This document shows positions 1 to 4,406 of a stretch of 5,019 nucleotides of DNA, piece by piece. The translations under genes were made by a program, and so were the position numbers. Numbering within the stretch: position 1 is the stretch's first letter; each line of letters starts with the position of its first letter. Under the pieces are notes generated by a model that saw only the letters and a program-made list of their open reading frames with translations, made no database searches and was not told where the DNA came from. Location: IMG/VR virus record IMGVR_UViG_3300020029_000095; one strand, given 5' to 3'. The DNA comes from a virus.

Positions 1-121
1 CAAATCAATATTAAACAAACAATAATGATAATGAGGACGACCAAATCGCTCACCATACTCTCCACACATCATAAATCTTATGTCATTACCAAACTCCTTT
101 CGTAACCGTTTCATAAACTTC
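1..121. repeat. Terminal direct redundancy, copy 1, identical to 4899-5019. Wrap-around of a circular 4898-nt genome.
   Basis: Base-by-base comparison by hand: 1-121 (caaatcaatattaaacaaac...cgtaaccgtttcataaacttc) equals 4899-5019 with no mismatch, in direct orientation. The repeat lies inside an open reading frame (Rep) that continues seamlessly across it. Confidence 0.95.
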
Positions 122-417
122 TGATGAAAGTCAACAGAAACAGACAAATCTTTCGGCAAAAAAGGATCTGCGAAGGTGAAAGTTATGAAATATGCCGAAG
201 TAGACATCTGAGCTTCGTGAAAACAACGTATAGCCCATTGACGAGATTTCTCTAAACGACAACCAATACAATAGCCGCAAGGACAAATTTCATAACCGCT
301 TTTGCCTTCCAGATGCTGATAATCTGCCAAAGAACCAAGAATATTAAGCCTAAGCTTACCATTACGTGTAACTATACCTTCCTTTTTGAAACCTATCAAA
401 GGATTATAACAAACCAT
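1..417 (-). CDS. VP4: Replication initiator protein (Microviridae VP4, HUH rolling-circle endonuclease), 5' part of the gene. It runs off the window at base 1 and continues at 4898->4407 on the circle. Full product is 302 aa.
   Basis: Hand translation from ATG at 417-415: MVCYNPLIGFKKEGIVTRNGKLRLNILGSLADYQHLEGKSGYEICPCGYCIGCRLEKSRQWAIRCFHEAQMSTSAYFITFTFADPFLPKDLSVSVDFHQKF. It then runs in frame into MKRLRKEF..., the track ORF ending at 5012, which equals base 114. An in-frame stop lies upstream at 451-453 and 417 is the first ATG after it. SD-like AGGCGGTG lies 5-12 nt upstream. The cluster CPCGYCIGCR...S.QWA.R (259-285 and following) is the N-terminal motif I recognise from gokushovirus VP4. 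FITFTF (172-189) fits HUH motif 1. The track missed this ORF because it leaves the window. Confidence 0.9.
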   Translation of the reverse strand, partial: MVCYNPLIGFKKEGIVTRNGKLRLNILGSLADYQHLEGKSGYEICPCGYCIGCRLEKSRQWAIRCFHEAQMSTSAYFITFTFADPFLPKDLSVSVDFHQKFMKRLRKEFGNDIRFMMCGEYGERFGRPHYHYCLFNIDL

Positions 418-447
418 AACGACACCGCCTAATATTCTGACAACACT

Positions 448-476
448 ATATTAACACGGCATCAGAAAAAAATCAA
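448..476 (-). promoter_or_regulatory. Candidate sigma70-type promoter for rep (-35 TTGATT, 17-nt spacer ending TGT, -10 TAATAT).
   Basis: Minus strand reads TTGATT (476->471), then TTTTTCTGATGCCGTGT (17 nt), then TAATAT (453->448). The TG two bases upstream of the -10 gives an extended -10 (TGnTAATAT). It lies in the 55-nt J-like/rep intergenic gap, about 30 nt upstream of the rep ATG. Each hexamer matches consensus at only 4/6. Confidence 0.3.
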
Positions 477-583
477 GCTCTATATCCACCTCTTAAACGT
501 CGAATATGGTTTCTCCTTCTGGATCTAGAAGTACGAGAAAAAAGCCTACGGGATTTACGACGAGAAATTCTACCACGTTTCAT
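473..583 (-). CDS. Small arginine-rich DNA-binding/packaging protein, 36 aa (analogue of phiX174 J and chlamydiaphage ORF8).
   Basis: Not in the ORF track, presumably because it is too short. Hand translation: MKRGRISRRKSRRLFSRTSRSRRRNHIRRLRGGYRA then TGA (475-473). 15 of the 36 residues are Arg or Lys and none are acidic. A strong SD, GGAGGG, lies 7 nt upstream (TCTTGGAGGGATTCTAAATG). Its ATG (583-581) overlaps the TGA (582-580) of the upstream 80-aa gene as ATGA. Position after the capsid module and before rep is consistent with known gokushovirus layouts. Confidence 0.8.
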   Translation of the reverse strand: MKRGRISRRKSRRLFSRTSRSRRRNHIRRLRGGYRA

Positions 584-822
584 TTAGAATCCCTCCAAGA
601 ACCGAAAAAACGAGAAGAACTCTTTTTATCAGGTACTTTATTAGCAACCGGCTTAATAGCTCCATCAATTTCGGTTTGAAAGTCCGAAGATGCCTGACGA
701 ATAGCTTTAGTCACCTCACTAGAACGACCTTTCAAGGCATCAATGAAATCAACTAATTCTTGAATAAAAGGACATACAACAGAAACAATGAAAGTAAGTA
801 TCATAGTAACTTTACTAGACAT
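580..822 (-). CDS. Hypothetical 80-aa protein with hydrophobic N-terminal segment (putative membrane anchor) and basic C-terminal tail. Function unknown.
   Basis: ATG at 822-820 is preceded by GAGGTG with a 5-nt spacer (TTAAAGTGAGGTGTTATTATG), and the SD overlaps the VP2 stop. Third codon positions are strongly T-rich, as in VP1/VP2. The stop overlaps the start of the J-like gene (ATGA). Residues 5-24, VTMILTFIVSVVCPFIQELV (751-810), are hydrophobic. The remainder is polar and ends KKSSSRFFGSWRDSK. I recognise no homologue. Confidence 0.75.
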   Translation of the reverse strand: MSSKVTMILTFIVSVVCPFIQELVDFIDALKGRSSEVTKAIRQASSDFQTEIDGAIKPVANKVPDKKSSSRFFGSWRDSK

Positions 823-831
823 AATAACACC

Positions 832-1518
832 TCACTTTAATAATAACGAAAGCGCACGAAGTCCATGACCAAGTGCGGAATTAGATCCGCCCATATCATC
901 ATAAAAATCAGCTTCCTGTTTAGAGAGACGGGTCTGCTCACGATCAAAAGCGGCCGCAGAATTAGCACGCATAGCTCCAGCGATATTAGAAAGCGCACCA
1001 GTAGCATACATATAACCTTGATTACGAAGAAGCTCAATTTCAGCGTTCATACGATCCTCACGGAACTTAAGCTCTTTCTCATAGAGCTGTTCCTTAAGAT
1101 TAAGATCATTAGCAAGAATACCGTTCTCAATAACCTGACCATTATTCTTATTGGTCAACAAATTAGCTTCGGCCTGATTTTTACCAATCTGACTATAAGA
1201 AAGGTTCTCGGCTATCTGCGCCTGCCTCTTAGCAGCGGCAGAATGGCCCATAGAAGCGAAGGAATCAGCAGGATTAGACATTCCTACCGAGGCAGCACTT
1301 GCACCGCTTATAGAGCCTCCTATGCCGTTTGTAGCGGCAAGAATAGGGTTGAGGCCTGCCTGCTCCATATCCTGCATTGCCCATTGATAACGATGTTTAT
1401 AGTTCTCCACATTCCATTTATTAGCTTGTGCTGCATTAGCAGAATTATAATGATTCTGCACAGCAGATCCAAAAACAGAGCCGGCTATAGAACCGGCTAC
1501 ATCTCCGAGCCAGCTCAT
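832..1518 (-). CDS. VP2: Minor capsid / DNA pilot protein VP2, 228 aa.
   Basis: The N-terminus MSWLGDVAGSIAGSVFG... followed by YKHRYQWAMQDMEQAGLNPILA is the conserved block I recognise in gokushovirus VP2. It has a Gly/Ser/Ala-rich middle and a helical, charged C-terminal half. The ATG (1518-1516) overlaps the VP1 stop as TGATG. It sits immediately downstream of VP1, as is typical. Confidence 0.88.
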   Translation of the reverse strand: MSWLGDVAGSIAGSVFGSAVQNHYNSANAAQANKWNVENYKHRYQWAMQDMEQAGLNPILAATNGIGGSISGASAASVGMSNPADSFASMGHSAAAKRQAQIAENLSYSQIGKNQAEANLLTNKNNGQVIENGILANDLNLKEQLYEKELKFREDRMNAEIELLRNQGYMYATGALSNIAGAMRANSAAAFDREQTRLSKQEADFYDDMGGSNSALGHGLRALSLLLK

Positions 1519-3173
1519 CAGAAATGATCCACAAGACCGGGAATACCATACATAGGCATTGCACGGGTAGTATGATACTTAAAGCCAATATCAATTAAGA
1601 AATGTGGATAATTCTTAGTAGCAACAACACGCTCAACAGGCGGATTGTCCTGAATAAACTGATCAGACAAGGTAGGCAAAGAATCAAACTTCTGGGACAA
1701 ATGCCATACGTCCAAAGGCTTGGTATAAGTAGACCTAAAATGTCCACAGATTTCAGAAGGATGATACCTATATTCAGCATAACGTTCCTGATAACCAAAT
1801 ACGCCTTTATCTTCATCAGTACCTTGAGCATAAATCTCGGCATTCAAAATAGCCTGCTCCGACAAATGGGCAAAAGTCGGCCAGTACCAATCATAAACCG
1901 TGGATCTAAGCCACATCCTATTAATACCTTGCTGATAAGTAAGATCAGCACGAACCTCAAGCAAGCCAATAATATAACCATGTTCAACAAAGGACTTAGT
2001 GAAAGCATGATATTTAGAAGCCGACACACCATAAGCGGCAAGATTACCCTGAGGCGTTACGTCGCCTGTAGAGGACGTTTGAGCAACAGGGTTAATGTTC
2101 ATCATCTTAGATGATCCACCGAGGTATTCAGGACGCTGTAAACGGCTGTCAGGGGATACTACGCCAAAGAAAGAGGTTAAGACCTCTGTATAACGGCTAC
2201 CGCCTCTAGCAAGACGTTCATAGAACTTCTGCATTTGGAACGCAGTACGCAAACTGCTGATAGTAACACCAGTAACAGACGAAAGATCAGCATAAGAAAA
2301 ACGATTTGAATCAAAAAGAGACTGGTTTGTACTGTCATACTCATAAACCTCATGAGGCCAATTACCATCAGTTTCACGAGTCATAAGTCGACCAGCAACA
2401 GATACCTCTTTAGGATTAGAAAAACCATCAATAGAAACTCCTTGAGCATCATAAACAAAAGCATTACCAGAAAGAGAAAGCTCAACACCTGGACCTTTCT
2501 GCTGGAAAGGCAATGCCGAAGTAAAGTAGTCAAAACGTTTACCACGAGGAGCAAGGGCAAAGCCATTAACATACGTTTCACCAGAAGAAAAAATCCAAGT
2601 GGGCTGATCAGAAATCCGATCGGCTTTAAAGACAGCATTAGTATCAGACTTATCAATCTTGACGGATTTCTGCAAATTTTCATCTCTAAACCACTCGTTC
2701 CAAATCAAATAATACATACGGAACGGAAGGGCATTGACATTAAGAGCATTGGTAAGACCTGTAGGAAGGGCGAAATAGTCCCAGACGGTACCTATACCAT
2801 TTTCGCCAGCAGTACCACCTGCAAGCTGACAGGTAGGAACTACGTAGTCCGTAGAATCGTCCGGATCTTCCTGCTCGAAACAGAAATTCTGCCAATGCTC
2901 CCATACAAGACGGTTAGGAACGAAGAAAAAGAACTTATCAAGATAAAGATTATCCATAAATGGCGCTACAGGCGTTGCCAATCGACAGAAATCTCTGACG
3001 GTAAGAGAAATAGTATCACCAGGCAAAACCTCATCAACGAAGAAAGGTACAAGCTTACCTTCGTCAAAAGTCATCTTACGAACAAAAGATCTATCAAAAC
3101 GAGAACGTTTTTGATAAACCTGAGGCGCATTACTAAAATTATGAGCCTTAACTCGAATGCGATTACGAGCCAA
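1518..3173 (-). CDS. VP1: Major capsid protein VP1 (Microviridae F-family jelly-roll capsid), 551 aa, TTG start.
   Basis: It is the longest ORF. The N-terminus (M)ARNRIRVKAHNFSNAPQVYQKRSRFDRSFVRKMTFDEGKLVPFFVDEVLPGDT and the internal blocks PRGKRFDYFTSALP and LRTAFQMQKFYERLARGGSRYTEVL..FFGV..PD.RLQRPEYLGG match the conserved VP1/F pattern. The start codon at 3173-3171 is TTG, 5 nt after GAGGTG (AAAGAGGTGATATTTTG). An in-frame stop lies only 4 codons upstream (3186-3188). The next in-frame ATG is codon 34, inside the conserved N-terminus. Confidence 0.95.
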   Translation of the reverse strand: MARNRIRVKAHNFSNAPQVYQKRSRFDRSFVRKMTFDEGKLVPFFVDEVLPGDTISLTVRDFCRLATPVAPFMDNLYLDKFFFFVPNRLVWEHWQNFCFEQEDPDDSTDYVVPTCQLAGGTAGENGIGTVWDYFALPTGLTNALNVNALPFRMYYLIWNEWFRDENLQKSVKIDKSDTNAVFKADRISDQPTWIFSSGETYVNGFALAPRGKRFDYFTSALPFQQKGPGVELSLSGNAFVYDAQGVSIDGFSNPKEVSVAGRLMTRETDGNWPHEVYEYDSTNQSLFDSNRFSYADLSSVTGVTISSLRTAFQMQKFYERLARGGSRYTEVLTSFFGVVSPDSRLQRPEYLGGSSKMMNINPVAQTSSTGDVTPQGNLAAYGVSASKYHAFTKSFVEHGYIIGLLEVRADLTYQQGINRMWLRSTVYDWYWPTFAHLSEQAILNAEIYAQGTDEDKGVFGYQERYAEYRYHPSEICGHFRSTYTKPLDVWHLSQKFDSLPTLSDQFIQDNPPVERVVATKNYPHFLIDIGFKYHTTRAMPMYGIPGLVDHF

Positions 3174-3203
3174 AATATCACCTCTTTAAGTGTAAAGTAC
3201 ACA

Positions 3204-3240
3204 AACTATTGCTGTGCTTTATGAAAGTTTTGCAATAGTT
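3204..3240. promoter_or_regulatory. Stem-loop with a perfect 9-bp stem in the VP3-VP1 intergenic region.
   Basis: aactattgc (3204-3212) is the exact reverse complement of gcaatagtt (3232-3240). The 19-nt loop contains a further cttt/aaag pairing (3217-3220 with 3224-3227). Confidence 0.6.
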
Positions 3241-3241
3241 G

Positions 3242-3300
3242 AAAAAGGTGTCACTCGTGTCTATTACGTCAAGAAGCGATAATAGACACTTCGTGACACC
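3242..3300 (-). terminator. Long imperfect hairpin followed by T5 on the coding strand. Candidate leaky intrinsic terminator after VP3 and/or ssDNA structural signal.
   Basis: ggtgtca (3247-3253) pairs with tgacacc (3294-3300). gtgtctatta (3257-3266) pairs with taatagacac (3280-3289). An internal 3x4 bubble separates the two stems and the loop is 13 nt (3267-3279). On the minus strand the stem is followed directly by TTTTT (3246->3242). It starts 20 nt after the VP3 stop. Confidence 0.5.
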
Positions 3301-3320
3301 ATAGATTTTCTTTCATACTT

Positions 3321-3794
3321 TTAAGTAGATTCATTAGATTGTGTTTCATTTTGTTTTTTAGAGGAAATACTGTTGTCCTCATTTTGAGAACTACCAACAG
3401 ATGATCCTGCTACAGTGTTCTGTCGTAGTAGACCTAGAGATTCAAGGCGAGATTTTTGACGAGGATCTGACAAAGCATTGATCAATTCTTTCGGATTATG
3501 ATTAAATTCAGCACGAATTTGAGAAGGTAATTCGTAAAATTCTTCATTAACAGCATTGATCAAATCAAGAGCAGTCTCGTAGTCGCCAGGAAGCAAAGTA
3601 TCACCATACTGAAGAACGCCTGAATCAGCTCCAAGATCAAGAGTAGTAATACCAGTACGACCGTCAGCATACTTATTAACGATATAATTAATATCGGACT
3701 CCTGATACTGAGACTGATCTGTCATAGAAGGTTCAGTAAAAATAATACCTTCTGAAGGTTTCATACCTTCGTCATAAAGAGTTGCAAATTTCAA
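3321..3794 (-). CDS. VP3: Internal scaffolding protein VP3 (chlamydiaphage-type scaffold), 157 aa if started at TTG.
   Basis: FTEPSMTDQSQYQESDINYIVNKYADGRTG matches the conserved PS.T.QSF..E.DIN.I...F..TG block I recall for gokushovirus VP3. It has an acidic/Ser-rich C-terminal tail. The start at 3794-3792 is TTG, 8 nt after AAAGGAG (CGAAAGGAGATGATAGTTTG). There is no in-frame ATG until codon 11 (3764-3762), which is the alternative start. Confidence 0.82.
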   Translation of the reverse strand: MKFATLYDEGMKPSEGIIFTEPSMTDQSQYQESDINYIVNKYADGRTGITTLDLGADSGVLQYGDTLLPGDYETALDLINAVNEEFYELPSQIRAEFNHNPKELINALSDPRQKSRLESLGLLRQNTVAGSSVGSSQNEDNSISSKKQNETQSNEST

Positions 3795-3833
3795 ACTATC
3801 ATCTCCTTTCGTTCGCCGCTTCCGCGTCGAGGC

Positions 3834-3877
3834 AAAAAAAACGAAGTTGATCTCGCGAGATCAACTCCGTTTTTGTT
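3834..3877 (-). terminator. Rho-independent terminator, bidirectional in form, between VP5 and VP3.
   Basis: A perfect 22-nt palindrome, agttgatctcgcgagatcaact (3845-3866), is extended by cg/cg (3842-3843 with 3868-3869) after a single a/c mismatch. It is flanked by A8 (3834-3841) and T5 (3870-3874). The minus-strand RNA would read CGGAGUUGAUCUCGCGAGAUCAACUUCG followed by U8. It begins 5 nt after the VP5 stop codon. Confidence 0.8.
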
Positions 3878-3881
3878 GCTC

Positions 3882-4175
3882 TTATTTAGTATCGCTCGAA
3901 TTTGATGTTTTGTCAATACAATCAGATGCACGTATTAAGAAACGAGGATAAACACCATTATCGGGAACACTAAAATGTCCAGTAGAATCATCAATATCGC
4001 CTAAATAATACAGCTCGTAATCATCTGGATACTTGTATAGCATATTATGCTCACCACGATCATTAGGGCGATTAATACCATTAGTAAAATTGCGAATAGC
4101 AGTAGCATCATTGATATCCTGCTGAGGCGCAGAAAAGGTTTGAGCTACTTTATCATAGACAGAATACAGTTTCAA
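3882..4175 (-). CDS. VP5: VP5-like nonstructural protein (gokushovirus ORF5 family), 97 aa from a TTG start.
   Basis: (M)KLYSVYDKVAQTFSAPQQDINDATAIRNFTNGIN...YPDDYELYYLGDIDDSTGHF fits the pattern I recall for VP5 (..F.VYD.K...F..P.......A.R.F......P.D..L..LG.FDD.TG). The TTG at 4175-4173 lies 6 nt after AAAGGTGG (GAAAGGTGGTATATTTTG) and overlaps the stop of the upstream 77-aa gene as TTGA. The GTG at 4208 used by the track has no SD and adds 11 residues that are not part of the family pattern as I recall it. Confidence 0.72.
   Translation of the reverse strand: MKLYSVYDKVAQTFSAPQQDINDATAIRNFTNGINRPNDRGEHNMLYKYPDDYELYYLGDIDDSTGHFSVPDNGVYPRFLIRASDCIDKTSNSSDTK
3888..3916 (-). promoter_or_regulatory. 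Candidate sigma70 promoter inside the 3' end of VP5 (-35 TTGACA, 17 nt, -10 GATACT).
   Basis: Minus strand reads TTGACA (3916->3911, a perfect -35 consensus), then AAACATCAAATTCGAGC (17 nt), then GATACT (3893->3888, 4/6). The predicted start would fall just upstream of the terminator hairpin, which makes function doubtful. A chance occurrence is plausible. Confidence 0.2.
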
Positions 4176-4405
4176 AATATACCACCTTTCATATGTTGAC
4201 GATACCACTTTAGCTGGCGCCTAATTGCATAACCAGAAGAACGATCAAAGACATAATAATCATCATCAATACGAACAACAGTCTGGGATGCTTTATCCAA
4301 AACCTGATAGCAATAATAACGACTGCCACAGTAAACAGGATTAAAGCCAGCCAATAAATTAAGAGTACACCACTGACAAATATAAGCTCGTTCTCTTCCA
4401 TCCAT
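4172..4405 (-). CDS. Hypothetical 77-aa cysteine-rich protein (CxxC-12-CxxxxxC, possible zinc ribbon). Function unknown.
   Basis: MDGRERAYICQWCTLNLLAGFNPVYCGSRYYCYQVLDKASQTVVRIDDDYYVFDRSSGYAIRRQLKWYRQHMKGGIF. The ATG at 4405-4403 lies one base after the Rep TAG (TAGTATG), with AAGTGAG upstream. The stop TGA (4174-4172) overlaps the VP5 TTG. Third codon positions are strongly T-rich, as in the core genes. The four Cys fall within 4310-4378. I recognise no homologue. Confidence 0.65.
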   Translation of the reverse strand: MDGRERAYICQWCTLNLLAGFNPVYCGSRYYCYQVLDKASQTVVRIDDDYYVFDRSSGYAIRRQLKWYRQHMKGGIF

Positions 4406-4406
4406 A

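Noticed and set aside
1-121. The terminal repeat as a biological DTR/LTR, a transposon end or a packaging terminus.
   Set aside because: The repeat is direct, exact and internal to the Rep reading frame. Microviridae genomes are covalently closed circles. It is the classic signature of an assembler running around a circle.
442-450. 9-mer AACACTATA, identical to part of the phiX174 origin core as I recall it (CAACTTGATATTAATAACACTATAGACCAC).
   Set aside because: It lies on the window plus strand, which is the complement of the virion-sense strand that Rep would nick. The flanks do not match. One 9-mer match somewhere in about 10 kb of two-strand sequence against a 30-nt query is roughly what chance predicts.
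418-472. A dif-like XerC/XerD site, as used by integrating enterobacterial gokushoviruses.
   Set aside because: The best match to the XerD arm (TTATGTTAAAT) that I could find is only TGTTAA in GTGTTAATAT. No paired arms with a 6-nt spacer are visible here or in the 3174-3320 region. A profile scan would be needed to exclude it fully.
1518-1520. An alternative genetic code (TGA as Trp, as in Spiroplasma phage SpV4).
   Set aside because: TGA terminates VP1 (followed by a second in-frame TGA), VP2, the 80-aa gene, the J-like gene and the 77-aa gene. These ends fall at gene junctions with downstream SD and start signals, and at sensible protein lengths. Standard code 11 fits.
865-1527. 220-aa plus-strand ORF. 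The same applies to the other plus-strand ORFs at 1602-2114, 2352-3224 and 4749-5003.
   Set aside because: All lie antisense to well-supported minus-strand genes (VP2, VP1, Rep). Their translations are low-complexity Ile/Lys/Arg/Ser/Thr/Leu strings with no recognisable motif and no SD. Long antisense ORFs are expected from the strong codon bias. Microviridae transcribe one strand only.
1595-2683. Minus-strand hydrophobic ORFs nested in VP1 (1595-1843, 1844-2041, 2177-2377, 2381-2683). The same applies to 837-1037 in VP2 and 4760-4963 in Rep.
   Set aside because: All are in the +1 register of a real gene. Their Leu/Ile/Val/Phe richness is explained by T-rich third positions becoming second positions. 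I saw no SD or coupling signals. They are treated as composition artefacts. The analogous 4210-4401 ORF is kept only as a flagged hypothesis, because it shares a start region with its host gene.
3269-3316. 15-codon micro-ORF (MKENLWCHEVSIIAS) starting just after the VP3 stop.
   Set aside because: It has no SD and runs through the hairpin arms. Its sequence is dictated by the stem-loop. It is too short and unsupported to call.
3811-3833. GC-rich patch (cgttcgccgcttccgcgtcgaggc) in the VP3 leader, containing a possible CGC-GGAA-GCG tetraloop.
   Set aside because: Only 3 bp of pairing can be drawn. The local GC rise is noticeable in an AT-leaning genome, but I cannot assign a structure or function from sequence alone.
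4206-4208. GTG start for the 108-aa version of VP5. Likewise the GTG at 4415-4417 for the 81-aa version of the Cys-rich ORF.
   Set aside because: Neither GTG has an SD. Downstream starts do: TTG 4175 with AAAGGTGG and a TTGA overlap, and ATG 4405 directly after the Rep stop. The VP5 family pattern, as I recall it, begins at MKLYSVYD.
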